DNA of 64,000 nucleotides from an uncultured Planctomycetota bacterium (GTDB taxonomy: Bacteria > Planctomycetota > PLA2 > JAEUHO01): positions 2,272,001 to 2,336,000 of the forward strand of contig CAVVXN010000005.1 of NCBI GenBank assembly GCA_963752285.1, given 5' to 3'. Made by a program: the position numbers and the translations under genes. Of the stretch, positions 19,002 to 29,057 are shown piece after piece (within the stretch, counting starts at the first letter, position 1; every line of letters begins with the position of its first letter). The notes beneath the pieces were generated by a model that was not told the DNA's origin, did no database searches, and worked only from the letters and a program-made list of their open reading frames with translations.

Positions 19002-19795
19002 CGGGCGGGCCCCCACGGCGGCGGCCGTCGCGCGAGGAACGCCCCCGTCCCCGCACGGCCGTCCGCCGACGCGCGCGCCTCGGCGATCGCCTCGCGGGCG
19101 AGGCGCTGGCGGTCGGCGTCGGTAGCCGCGTGGAGGAGGTCGCGGGTCAGCGCCTTCGCGCGCCGGACGGCGTCGGGCGAGGTCTGGCGGACCTCGCCGA
19201 GGGCCTCGGCCACGGCCTCGTCGAGGCGCGCCGCGGGGACGACGCGGTCCACGAGGCCGAGGCGCAGCGCCTCCTCGGCCTCGAGGACCCGGCCCGTGAC
19301 GAACAGGCGGCGCGCGGCGCCCGCGCCGATCCGTCGGAGCACGTAGGGCGCGACGACGCCCGGGACGAGGCCGAGGCGGACCTCCGGAAAGCCGAGGCGC
19401 GTTCCCTCGGCGGCGATCGCCACGTCGGCGACCGCGACCAGGCCCGCGCCGCCGCCGAGCGCCGCGCCCGTGACGCGCGCGAGGACCACGTGCGGGCACC
19501 GGTCGATCGCGTCGTACGCCCGCTGGAACGCCTCGGCGTCGGCGAGGTTCTCGTCGGGCCCGTAGTCGGCGACGCGCCGCATCCACGCGAGGTCCCCGCC
19601 CGCGCAGAAGACCGGCCCCGCGCCCTCGAGGACGACCGCGCGCACCCCGTCCTCGCCCGCGAGGTCCACGAACGCCCGCTCGAGCTCGGCCGCGAGACGG
19701 TCGTCGAACGCGTTCCGCTTGGCGGCGCGGTCGAGGACCACGCGCGCGTGGTCCCCCTCTCTTCGGACGACGAGGCTCGGCGCGGTGTCGCTCAT
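18998..19795 (-). CDS. liuC: Methylglutaconyl-CoA hydratase (crotonase family)
   Basis: FCAGGDLAWM, GGGAGL, EVRLGLVP; between the MCC beta and alpha genes. Confidence 0.85.
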   Translation of the reverse strand: MSDTAPSLVVRREGDHARVVLDRAAKRNAFDDRLAAELERAFVDLAGEDGVRAVVLEGAGPVFCAGGDLAWMRRVADYGPDENLADAEAFQRAYDAIDRCPHVVLARVTGAALGGGAGLVAVADVAIAAEGTRLGFPEVRLGLVPGVVAPYVLRRIGAGAARRLFVTGRVLEAEEALRLGLVDRVVPAARLDEAVAEALGEVRQTSPDAVRRAKALTRDLLHAATDADRQRLAREAIAEARASADGRAGTGAFLARRPPPWGPAR

Positions 19796-19798
19796 CGG

Positions 19799-21409
19799 CT
19801 ACATGCGGTACACGGGCGCCGCGGGCGCGGGATCGGGGGCGTGGAGCGTCACGGCGAGCGCGAGGCCCAGGACGTCGCGCGTCTCGCGCGGGTCGATCAC
19901 CCCGTCGTCCCAGAGGCGCGCGCTCCCGTAGTAGGGGTGGCCCTCGACCTCGTACTTCTCGCGGATGGGGTCGAGGATCGCCGCCTCCTCGTCGGGGTCG
20001 AGAGCGGGCGCGCCCTCGTACGCGCGCTGGTCGCGCTTCACCGTGAGCAGCGTCTGCGCGGCCTGCTCGCCCCCCATCACGCTGATCCGAGCGTTCGGCC
20101 AGGTGAAGAGGAAGCGCGGGTCGTACGCGCGCCCGCACATCCCGTAGTTGCCCGCGCCGAACGACGAGCCGATGACCACGGTGATGCGCGGCACGTTCAC
20201 GGTCGCGACGGCCTGCACCATCTTCGCCCCGTCCCGCGCGATGCCGCCGTTCTCGGCCTCCTTCCCGACCATGAAGCCCGTCACGTTCTGGAGGAAGAGC
20301 AGCGGAATCCCGCGCTGGCCGCACAGGAGGACGAAGTGCGCGCCCTTCCGCGCGGACTCGGCGAAGAGGACGCCGTTGTTCGCGACGATGCCCACGGGGT
20401 AGCCGTGCAGGTGCGCGAAGCCGGTGACGAGCGTGGTGCCGTAGCGCGCCTTGAACTCCTGGAAGCGGCTCCCGTCCGCGATCCGCGCGATGACCTCGCG
20501 CACGTCGTACGGGATACGCAGGTCGGTCGGGAGGATCCCGAGGATCTCGTCCGGCGGATAGAGCGGGGGCTCCGGCTCCCTGCGGTCGAGCGTGCGCGGC
20601 GGCGGCCGGTTCAGGCTCTCGAGGATCGACCGGAGCAGCGAGATGGCGTGGTCGTCGTCCTCCGCGAAGTGGTCGGCGACGCCGCTCACGCGCGTGTGGA
20701 CGTCCGCGCCGCCGAGGTCCTCGGCCGACACCTCCTCGCCGGTCGCCGCCTTCACGAGGGGCGGCCCCGCGAGGAAGATGGTCCCCGCGCCCTTCACGAT
20801 CACGGCCTCGTCGCTCATCGCGGGCACGTACGCGCCGCCCGCGGTGCACGACCCGAGGACCGCGGAGATCTGCGGAACCCGGAGCGACGAGAGGACCGCC
20901 TGGTTGCGGAAGATGCGGCCGAAGTGGAGCCGGTCCGGGAAGACCTCGGCCTGGAGCGGCAGGAACGCGCCGCCGGAGTCCACGAGGTACACGCAGGGGA
21001 GACGGTTCTCGATCGCCACCTCTTGCGCGCGGACGTGCTTCTTGACGGTCAGGGGGTGATAGCTCCCTCCCTTCACGGTCGCGTCGTTCGCGAGGACCAT
21101 CGTGACGCGGCCGTGGACGAGGCCGATGCCCGTGACGATGCCGGCGGCCGGCACGTCGCTCCCGTACACGCCGTGCGCCGCGAGGGGCGAGAGCTCGAGG
21201 AAGGGGCTCCCGGGGTCGAGCAGCCGGTCGATGCGCTCGCGAGGCAGCACCTTGCCCCGCTCCTTGTGCTTCCGCCGGGCCTTCTCGGGCCCGCCGAGGC
21301 GGATGCGGGCGAGGAGCGCGCGGAGGTCCTCGACCTCGGCGAGGTGCCGCTCGAGGTTCGTGCGGTACGTGTCCGAGCTCGCGTCTACGTGGGTGGGCAG
21401 GACGTCCAT
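19799..21409 (-). CDS. liuB: Methylcrotonyl-CoA carboxylase carboxyltransferase (beta) subunit
   Basis: [48 protein letters not shown]; alternative start 21421. Confidence 0.93.
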   Translation of the reverse strand: MDVLPTHVDASSDTYRTNLERHLAEVEDLRALLARIRLGGPEKARRKHKERGKVLPRERIDRLLDPGSPFLELSPLAAHGVYGSDVPAAGIVTGIGLVHGRVTMVLANDATVKGGSYHPLTVKKHVRAQEVAIENRLPCVYLVDSGGAFLPLQAEVFPDRLHFGRIFRNQAVLSSLRVPQISAVLGSCTAGGAYVPAMSDEAVIVKGAGTIFLAGPPLVKAATGEEVSAEDLGGADVHTRVSGVADHFAEDDDHAISLLRSILESLNRPPPRTLDRREPEPPLYPPDEILGILPTDLRIPYDVREVIARIADGSRFQEFKARYGTTLVTGFAHLHGYPVGIVANNGVLFAESARKGAHFVLLCGQRGIPLLFLQNVTGFMVGKEAENGGIARDGAKMVQAVATVNVPRITVVIGSSFGAGNYGMCGRAYDPRFLFTWPNARISVMGGEQAAQTLLTVKRDQRAYEGAPALDPDEEAAILDPIREKYEVEGHPYYGSARLWDDGVIDPRETRDVLGLALAVTLHAPDPAPAAPVYRM

Positions 21410-21488
21410 CGGGCGCGGCATCGTACCGCCCCCGGCCCGGGAGCCCGTCGGCTCCGCCGGGGGAACCGACCCGGCGGCGTCGTGGCCG

Positions 21489-21761
21489 CTACTCGACCGT
21501 CACGACGGTTCGCACCTCGGGGACGTGGTCCCTGAGCGCGCGCTCGATCCCCATCTTGAGGGTCATCGTGCTGCTCGGACACGAGTTGCAGGCGCCCTGG
21601 AGTCTCAGCGTGACGACGCCCTCGTCGTACGCGAGGTACTCGAGGTCCCCGCCGTCCCGCTGCAAGAACGGTCGGATCTGCTCGAGGATCGCCTGGACCT
21701 TCTCGGCGGGCGTCTTCGCGACCTCGCCCGCGGAGGGTCCCGAGGCAGGCGGCGTGGACAT
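21489..21761 (-). CDS. NifU C-terminal (Nfu) domain Fe-S carrier
   Basis: [31 protein letters not shown]. Confidence 0.93.
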   Translation of the reverse strand: MSTPPASGPSAGEVAKTPAEKVQAILEQIRPFLQRDGGDLEYLAYDEGVVTLRLQGACNSCPSSTMTLKMGIERALRDHVPEVRTVVTVE

Positions 21762-21870
21762 GGCGGCTCCCGGGGGACGTGGCTCGCCTAGAGGATAGCC
21801 GTCCGATCGGCGGCGGTCGCCCCGGTACGCTGGGTTCGGGCCCGGTCCGGGCCCGAGCGGGAGGCGCGGG

Positions 21871-22617
21871 ATGGAGTCGGACGGCTCGGGGGTCGCCCTC
21901 GTCACCGGCGCGGGCGGCGGCGTCGGCGGTCGGACCGCCGAGGTCCTGGACCGCGCGGGCTGGAGGGTCGCGCTCCTCGGTCGGACCGCGGCGTCGCTCG
22001 AGCGAACCGCCCGCGGGCTCCGAAACCCCCACGTGGTCCTCGCGGCCGACGTGGCCGACCGGGACGCCGTCGAGGCGCGCGTGCGCGAGACGGAGCGCCG
22101 GCTCGGGCCGCCCACGGCCCTCGTGAACGCGGCGGGGGTCTCGGCCGCGGCGCCGCTCCTGCCTCCCGACGACGAGATCTTCGACCGGACGATCGGGACG
22201 AACCTCCGCGGCGCGTGGGTGGTCACCACGGCCTGCCTGCCGGGCATGCTCCGCGCGGGCCACGGCGTGGTCGTGAACGTCGCGAGCACCGCGGCGCTGC
22301 GCGGCTACCGCCACGTCGCGGCATACGTCGCGAGCAAGCACGGCCTCCTCGGGCTCACGCGGGCGTGGGCCCTCGACCTCGAGAAGAAGGGCGTGCGCGT
22401 CCACGCGATCTGTCCGGGATTCCTCGACACCGAGATGACGGCGGTGAGCGTCGCGGCGATCGTCGCGCGGACGAGCCTCTCCTTGGAGGACGCCCGCGCG
22501 GCCCTCGCCCGCCAGAACGCGAGCGGTCGGCTGATCGCCCCCGAGGCGGTCGCGGCCCGCGTCCTCGCCCTCCTCGACCCCGCGACGGGCACCGGTCGGG
22601 TCGAGACCCTCGAGTAG
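21871..22617 (+). CDS. SDR family oxidoreductase (AbmB-like)
   Basis: [38 protein letters not shown]. Confidence 0.9.
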   Translation: MESDGSGVALVTGAGGGVGGRTAEVLDRAGWRVALLGRTAASLERTARGLRNPHVVLAADVADRDAVEARVRETERRLGPPTALVNAAGVSAAAPLLPPDDEIFDRTIGTNLRGAWVVTTACLPGMLRAGHGVVVNVASTAALRGYRHVAAYVASKHGLLGLTRAWALDLEKKGVRVHAICPGFLDTEMTAVSVAAIVARTSLSLEDARAALARQNASGRLIAPEAVAARVLALLDPATGTGRVETLE

Positions 22618-22714
22618 TCGCGCCCGCGCCCGCCCCATTCCTTCGCGACGCACCCGGGGCGTGCCATCCTGCGACGAACGCGCCCCGCGCGACGCCACAG
22701 GGAGGGAGCGCACG

Positions 22715-24085
22715 ATGATCCGATTCGGGCCCGGGAACCTCAGGATCCCCCGCTTCCAGAAGCCCGTCTTCGCGGTGGCCGGCGGGCTCACCGACTACCG
22801 AAAGCGCTATCCCGAGAAGAACACCTCCGAGCTCTGCATGGAGGCGACGCGGATGGCGGTCGAGGAGAACGACCTCAAGGTCTCTCCCGACGAGCTCCGC
22901 CGCCGCGTCAACTGGTGCGTGTACTCGCAGTTCGCCGACCACTTCGGCGACCAGCTCCTCGCGGCGGCGAAGATCCACGACTACCTGGGCTTCGACCCGC
23001 TCGGGAACATCGAGGTCAAGACCGGCGGCGCCACCGGTGGCTCCGCGGTCCTCGCCGCGTGTCAGGCCGTGGCCTCGGGCTACGCCGACTGCGTGCTCGT
23101 CGTCGGGTGGGAGCGCATGGACGAGGTCTCGACGCGGGTCGGCAACGCGTACATCGCCTCCGCCGCGTGCAAGGACTTCGAGAGCGAGCTCGGGTGGATG
23201 TACGCCGCCTACTACGCGCTCATGGCGCAGCGGTACCAGTACGAGAACCAGGTCCCCCACGAGACGCTCGCGAAGATCGCGGTCAAGAACCACGAGTACG
23301 CCCGTCACTCGCCCTACGCGCAGCAGCCCGGCCGATACACGGTCGAGGACGTGCTGAAGAACCCCGAGGTCTCGACCCCGCTGACCTTCCTGGAGTGCTG
23401 CGCCATGAGCGTCGGGGCGGCGACGCTGCTCGTCTGCGACGAGAAGGTGGCGCACGAGATCTCCGACGCGCCCGTCGAGATCAAGGCCTGCTGCGGCGGC
23501 ACGCACACCCTCCGCACGGCCGACCGGCGGAACATGCCGATCCTCCTCCTCCCGAACGAGGACGAGAAGACGTACGCCGAGTACTTCGCGGACCGGCGCC
23601 ACGAGTGGCCGGGCTTCTCGTCGTTCCTCGCCGCGCGGATGGCCGCCTACCTCGCGTACCACCAGGCGGGCATCCACGACCCCGTCGAGGACCTCGACCT
23701 CCTCGAGACCCACGACGCGTTCACGATCAGCGACATCCAGACGTACGAGGACGTCGGGCTGAGGCCGTACGGCCGAGGGCGCGAGTTCATCGAGTCGGGC
23801 GACGCGTACTACGAGGGGCGCCTCCCCACGAACCTCTCGGGCGGGCTCATCGGGACGATGCACGCGGTGGGCGCCACCGGCATCTTCCAGGTCGTCGAGC
23901 TCCTCTGGCAGCTCCAGCAGAAGTGGGCGAAGTTCCACGCGGCGCCCGAGCTCTGGACGCGCTACGCGAAGTCGAAACCCGACGACCACCGCGACCTGCA
24001 GGTGAAGAAGGCCCGGCGGGGCATGGCGATCTCGCACGCCGGGACGGGAAGCCACGTGACGTGCACCATCCTCGAGAGGGCCTGA
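22715..24085 (+). CDS. Thiolase-fold protein (SCP2-type) lacking the canonical nucleophile Cys
   Basis: EVKTGGATGG at the Cys position, ETHDAF, NLSGG...HAVGATG; GGAGGGAG RBS. Confidence 0.85.
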   Translation: MIRFGPGNLRIPRFQKPVFAVAGGLTDYRKRYPEKNTSELCMEATRMAVEENDLKVSPDELRRRVNWCVYSQFADHFGDQLLAAAKIHDYLGFDPLGNIEVKTGGATGGSAVLAACQAVASGYADCVLVVGWERMDEVSTRVGNAYIASAACKDFESELGWMYAAYYALMAQRYQYENQVPHETLAKIAVKNHEYARHSPYAQQPGRYTVEDVLKNPEVSTPLTFLECCAMSVGAATLLVCDEKVAHEISDAPVEIKACCGGTHTLRTADRRNMPILLLPNEDEKTYAEYFADRRHEWPGFSSFLAARMAAYLAYHQAGIHDPVEDLDLLETHDAFTISDIQTYEDVGLRPYGRGREFIESGDAYYEGRLPTNLSGGLIGTMHAVGATGIFQVVELLWQLQQKWAKFHAAPELWTRYAKSKPDDHRDLQVKKARRGMAISHAGTGSHVTCTILERA

Positions 24086-24088
24086 GCC

Positions 24089-24562
24089 ATGACCGTGAAG
24101 CTCGACGGCACGAAGGCGGACCTTTTGAGTCGCGACCCGATGGTCGTGAAGAACCAGAAGAGCTGGTACCACGCGCACTCGTACGGCGGGTGGAGTCGGT
24201 TCTTCCAGGGCCTCCAGGAGGGGCGCCTGCTCGGCACGAGGTGCACGAGCTCCGACTGCTCCGAGAAGCGGATCTTCCTGCCGCCCCGTACCGACTGCGT
24301 GGACTGCTGGGCGCGAACCGAGTGGGTGGAGGTGCCTCCGAAGGGCCGCGTGTTCACGTTCAGCGAGATCACGTACCCCGGCGAGCTGTTCCGCGCGGAG
24401 CCGCCGGTCTACCTCATCAGCGTGGAGATCGAGGGGGTCTGCACGAAGCTGATGTCGTACCTCCGGGACGGGAAGCCGGAGTTCGGGATGCCCGTCCGCG
24501 CGGTGTTCGAGACGAAGAACCCGACGAACACGATCCTCGACCTGGCGTGGGTCCCCGCCTGA
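24089..24562 (+). CDS. DUF35 Zn-ribbon/OB-fold protein
   Basis: LLGTRCTSSDC...PPRTDCVDC, G-x-V-F-T-F, GMPVRAVF; 3 nt after the thiolase stop. Confidence 0.9.
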   Translation: MTVKLDGTKADLLSRDPMVVKNQKSWYHAHSYGGWSRFFQGLQEGRLLGTRCTSSDCSEKRIFLPPRTDCVDCWARTEWVEVPPKGRVFTFSEITYPGELFRAEPPVYLISVEIEGVCTKLMSYLRDGKPEFGMPVRAVFETKNPTNTILDLAWVPA

Positions 24563-24915
24563 CCCCCCCATACGGAGCCAGAGCAATTCGTCCGAATCAG
24601 CCGGGGGCGCCCCGGCGGATCGGACGCGATGGCGGCCCGGATGGCGGCCGCAGGCCGGGGCTCCGAACGGCCGCCCCGTAGCCGCCCCCCCACCCCGCCG
24701 GTCCCGGCCCTCGGGTCGCCGTCCGACGCCCCGCCCCCCTCGTCGCCGACCCCACGGAGCCAGGGCGACCTCGTCGCCTCGCCGAGCACGAGCGTCTCGC
24801 CCTCGGCGAGACCGAGACGAACGTCCGTCCCTCGGCGGTCTCGTAGCCTCCCGCCGAGCCGGCCCCGGGCGCGGCCCCCGATCTCGCGCGCGCCCCTCGG
24901 CGGCGCAGGAGACCC

Positions 24916-25527
24916 ATGACGGACCTCGCGGAGCAGCTGGGCGGCATCGACATCTACCTGCTCGACCAGGTCCTGCGGGGCCGCATCCACGAGGGGCAGC
25001 GGATCCTCGACGTCGGCTGCGGCAACGGCCGGAACCTCACCTACTTCCTGCGGCAGGGCTTCGACGTCTCGGCGATCGACACCGACGCGCGGAGCGTGGC
25101 GCATGTCCGTGCGCTCGTCGCGGAGCTGGCCCCTCGTCTCGAGGGCGACCGGGTCCACGTCGCGCGGGTCGAGGACATGCCCTTCGCCGACGGCGCCTTC
25201 GACGTCGTCGTCGCGAACGCCGTCCTCCACTTCGCACGCGATCCCGAGAACTTCGCGGAGATGCTCGGCGAGGTGCGCCGTGTCCTCGCCCCCGGCGGCA
25301 TCCTCTTCGCCCGCCTGGCCTCGCGCATCGGGATCGAGGACGCGCTCGAGCCGATCGGGAACGGCCGCTGCCACCTGCCCGACGGGACCGACCGGTACGT
25401 CGTCGATCTCGACCAGCTGCTCGCGTGGACGGAGCGCCTGGGCGGCGCCCTGCTCGACCCGATCAAGACGACGAACGTGCAGGGCCTTCGATGCATCACG
25501 ACGTGGGTCCTCCGGATCGCGAGCTGA
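24916..25527 (+). CDS. Class I SAM-dependent methyltransferase
   Basis: ILDVGCGNGRN, FDVVVANAVLH, LAPGG; AGGAG RBS. Confidence 0.9.
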   Translation: MTDLAEQLGGIDIYLLDQVLRGRIHEGQRILDVGCGNGRNLTYFLRQGFDVSAIDTDARSVAHVRALVAELAPRLEGDRVHVARVEDMPFADGAFDVVVANAVLHFARDPENFAEMLGEVRRVLAPGGILFARLASRIGIEDALEPIGNGRCHLPDGTDRYVVDLDQLLAWTERLGGALLDPIKTTNVQGLRCITTWVLRIAS

Positions 25528-26125
25528 GGCGGCGGACCCAGGCCGAGACCGGCGCGCGGCGCGCGGTCGCGATCGACGAGGGCCGGTAGGCCTCGATCAC
25601 GGCCCAGCCTCCGCCGCGCGACGACCGGATCCCCCGAGGCCGCCGCGGGCCCGCCCCTGCTGGTTCTCCACGACTCCCCGGTGGACGTACGTACCCGCGA
25701 CGCGCGGGTTCCCCTCGGGGTCGGTGCCCCGGCGGGCCCTGCACGCCCGGGGTGGTGGGACCCCGGTCCGTGTCGTCGTCACCGTTCCTCACCGCCGCGC
25801 TCGAGCGGCTCGGAGGCCGTCGGACGACCGAGGGAGAGACGGTGTCGATCGCGTTCTCGACGCGGGTCGCCACGCCGACGTCGGGCGGGACGTCGTGGAG
25901 ACGCCGCACGATCGTCGTCCCCGATCGACCCGGCAGCGCCGAGGAGCGAACGGCCGTCCCGAACGTGCGCGCGTACAGCGCGGTAGACCGGGGAAGACGC
26001 GACGCGCGCCAGGGGGCAGAGGAGCCGGCACGGCCGTCGATCTCGAAGCGACGGCCGTGCGTGCCGCGCGCGCCCACCCATTCGACCGACCGCCGGCTTC
26101 GCGCCCGCGACGCCGACGGCAGGCG

Positions 26126-26671
26126 CTACGGGTCCGTCGTCATCGCCGTCGCGTCAGGGGTCAGCCGGGCCGGCCGCTCGGTGGCGTAGACGAGGTGCGG
26201 CATGCCCTTCCGCGTCGTCTCGACGATGCGATCGTGAACCCGCTCGGCCACCGTGCGCGAGGCGACATTGTCGGCGTGGACGATCGAGACGACGAGTCCG
26301 CATCCCAAGACGTCGAGCGCGTGGTCGCGGCACGCGCGGGCCGCTTCGGTCGCGAGGCCGCGGCGTCGGAGGCGCCCCACGACGTGGTAGCCCACCTCGT
26401 GGCGGGGCGACCCTTCCACGTCCTGCATCGTGATCCCGCAGTCGCCCACGTACTCGCCGGTCTCGCGAAGCTCCATGGCCCACAGCCCGAAGCCGTGGTT
26501 CTCGTAGTTCCGCAGATTCCACCGGATCCAGCCCTCCGCGTCGGCCTCGGGGTTCTCGTGGATCGGGTAGAACCGTCGCGCGTACTCGTCCTCGAACTGC
26601 GCTACGACGTGCGACAGGTCATCGAGCGTGAAGGGACGGAGACGCAGTCGCTCGGTCTGGGGAATCCGCAT
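26126..26671 (-). CDS. GNAT N-acetyltransferase (RimJ/RimL type)
   Basis: TERLRLRPF, GFGLWA, EVGY, RRRGLATEAA, NVASRTVAER. Confidence 0.9.
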   Translation of the reverse strand: MRIPQTERLRLRPFTLDDLSHVVAQFEDEYARRFYPIHENPEADAEGWIRWNLRNYENHGFGLWAMELRETGEYVGDCGITMQDVEGSPRHEVGYHVVGRLRRRGLATEAARACRDHALDVLGCGLVVSIVHADNVASRTVAERVHDRIVETTRKGMPHLVYATERPARLTPDATAMTTDP

Positions 26672-27178
26672 GGGCGCTCCCGATCCTCGCCGGGCCGTCG
26701 GGCCTGGCCAACGGCGCGTGGGTCGGAAGACGCCTTCGGGGAGCGAGGGAGGCGCCGCGCCTCCAGGGCGGAGCGGCTTGTTCGCGGGCCCCTCCGAGAC
26801 GGCGCCGCCGTGAAGGGACCCTTCCGGAAGGTGGAGGGGGAGGGAGGCGCGCCCCGGTCCGGCCCGATCCCGCGCCCGACTCCGAACCCGGGGGCTTCGC
26901 CCGGGCGACCCCGCGCGCGCCCCCGCGCCGAGGGTCTTCCTGCGAGACGACGAAGCCTTCGCGCGGAACCCCGCCGGCCGCCCCGCGCAGGGCCTTCGCT
27001 ACCGGGCCGGTCGCGACCTCGTGGTCGAGAGGGAGACCGCTCCCGTTCGCGGGTCGCGCCGCGTCCCCCTGCCCCGCGTCGGGACGGACCCGCGACGCCT
27101 CGCGACCCGCTCCGCCTCAATCCGGCCCGGGCCGCCGGTCGATCGGGGAGGATGACCCGCGGGAGGTCCGGCTCCGGG

Positions 27179-28228
27179 ATGCCCACGCTCGAACCGCACG
27201 CCCGGTCGGCGGAGCCCGCACGTGGCACCCCGCCGACCGCCACGACCGCCTGGACCCGCGCGGCCCAGGAGACGCTGCCGTCGGCCCGGGACCTGGTCGT
27301 GGTCCGCGCGGGTCCCGACGAGACCCCGGCGTTCGCCGCCTTCGCGCGCCGCCGACGCGCGGGCGTCGTCCGGCTCGAGGCGCCCGGCCACCAGGAGCTC
27401 CAGGAACCGTTCGGCGTCTACGCCGGGGCCCGGGGCGGAGCGCTCGACGACCTCGCGCGCGCGGTCGTGGACCTCGCACGTCCGATTCGCATCGAACGGA
27501 CCTTCGCCGACGCCCCGTTCCTCGACGCGCTCGAACGGGCGCTCGGGCGCGGAGGCCGTCTCTTCCGACGGCCCCGCGGCGGGACCCCGGTGCTGCGGCT
27601 CGACGCGGGCTGGACGGACCCGCGGGCGCACCTCTCCGCCCGGAGGCGGAGCGACCTCCGTCGCGCCGAGCGCCGCGCCGGCGACGTCGAGGCGACGATC
27701 TACGCGCCCGGCCCCGACGAGGTCGGAGCGCGCCTCCGGGAGGCGCTCGACGTCGAGTCGCGCTCGTGGCGCGCCGCCCGCGGCGGCGCCATCGCCGAGG
27801 ACGCGATGCGCGGACCGTTCCTCCGTCGCCTCGCCGAGCTCGCGGCGGCCGAGGGCACCCTCCGCCTCGGGCTCCTGCGGGTGGACGGGAAGCCGGCGGC
27901 CATGTGCTACGCCCTCGTCGTGGGCGGCAGCTTCTGGCTCCTCAAGATCGGCTACGACGAGGCCTTCGCGCGGTGCTCGCCGGGCGTGCTCCTCACGGTC
28001 GCCTCGATCCGGCACGCCGCGGAGGCGGGCCTCGCCACGTACGACTTCCTCGGCGTACGCGAGGATTGGACCGCGCTCTGGACGAGCGAGGACCGCGCCT
28101 GCGTCGCCGTCTTCGCGTACCCCCGCGGCCTCGCGAGCCGCGCGGGCCTCGCGATCGACCTCGCCGCGGCGGCGGCCCGGAAGGCGAGGCTCCGCCTCCG
28201 GCGCCGCCCCGCGGGGATCGCGACGTGA
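27179..28228 (+). CDS. GNAT-fold protein (CelD/BcsL, Acetyltransf_6-like)
   Basis: LSARRRSDLRRAERR, ESRSWR, LRVDGKPAA, KIGYDEAFARCSPGVLL, YDFLG; alternative start 27152 with GGGGAGG RBS. Confidence 0.8.
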   Translation: MPTLEPHARSAEPARGTPPTATTAWTRAAQETLPSARDLVVVRAGPDETPAFAAFARRRRAGVVRLEAPGHQELQEPFGVYAGARGGALDDLARAVVDLARPIRIERTFADAPFLDALERALGRGGRLFRRPRGGTPVLRLDAGWTDPRAHLSARRRSDLRRAERRAGDVEATIYAPGPDEVGARLREALDVESRSWRAARGGAIAEDAMRGPFLRRLAELAAAEGTLRLGLLRVDGKPAAMCYALVVGGSFWLLKIGYDEAFARCSPGVLLTVASIRHAAEAGLATYDFLGVREDWTALWTSEDRACVAVFAYPRGLASRAGLAIDLAAAAARKARLRLRRRPAGIAT

Positions 28229-29055
28229 AGGCGCTGCTCCGCCGCGCGATCGAGCCCCTCGCGGCGCAGGCCGCACGCGCGTACGTCGCGGGCCCCCGGG
28301 CGGGCGACGCGCTCCGCGTGGCGCGACGGCTCTCGGCGTGGCGCCTCGGGGTCACGATCGGCTACTGGAACGCGGCCGGCGAGTCGCCGGAACGCGTCCA
28401 CGCCGCGTCCGCGGAGGGCCTCGAGGCCATGCACCGCGCGGGCCTCCCCGGCTACCTCTCCCTGAAGCACCCGGCCCTCGGACCGGACGAGGGCCTCCTC
28501 CTCGACCTCCTCGACCGCGCCCGTCGGCTCGGTCGGCGCGTCCACTTCGACGCGCTCGGGCCCGAGCACGCGGACCGCACGAACGCGGCGATCGAGGCGG
28601 GCCTCGCGAAGAAGTCGGACCTCGGGACGACGCTCCCGGGCCGATGGACGCGCAGCCCCGGCGACGCCGACTGGGCCGCCCGCCTCGGCCTCGTCGTCCG
28701 GGTCGTCAAGGGCCAGTGGGCCGATCCCGACGCGCCCGACCTCGACCCGCGCGCGGGGTTCCTCGCCGTCGTGGAGCGCCTGGCCGGACGCGCGCGCGAG
28801 GTCGCCGTCGCGAGCCACGACCTGGCGCTCGCCGAACGGTCGATCGAGCGGCTCCGCGCGCGCGGGACGAGGGTCTGCTGGGAGCTCCTCTTCGGTCTGC
28901 CGCTCCGGGGGGCGCGCCGCGCGGCGCGACGTCTGCGCGTGCCCGTGCGCGTGTACGTCCCGTTCGGCGCGTCCTGGCTCCCCTACACGATGGACGTCGT
29001 CCGCGCGCGCCCGACCGTGGTCCCCTGGCTCGTCCTCGACCGTCTCGGTCTCTGA
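28225..29055 (+). CDS. Proline dehydrogenase-like flavoprotein (divergent)
   Basis: YVAG, LSLK, HFD, VRVVKG, VASHD, ELLFG, RVYVPFG..WLPY; GTGA-coupled to the GNAT gene. Confidence 0.75.
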   Translation: MKALLRRAIEPLAAQAARAYVAGPRAGDALRVARRLSAWRLGVTIGYWNAAGESPERVHAASAEGLEAMHRAGLPGYLSLKHPALGPDEGLLLDLLDRARRLGRRVHFDALGPEHADRTNAAIEAGLAKKSDLGTTLPGRWTRSPGDADWAARLGLVVRVVKGQWADPDAPDLDPRAGFLAVVERLAGRAREVAVASHDLALAERSIERLRARGTRVCWELLFGLPLRGARRAARRLRVPVRVYVPFGASWLPYTMDVVRARPTVVPWLVLDRLGL

Positions 29056-29057
29056 GG

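Noticed and set aside
24563..24915. Short ORFs between the DUF35 and methyltransferase genes
   Set aside because: Low-complexity translations, no RBS or motif support.
26672..27151. Structured ncRNA in a 480-bp divergent intergenic region
   Set aside because: Only short GC hairpins expected by chance; no family motif recognised.
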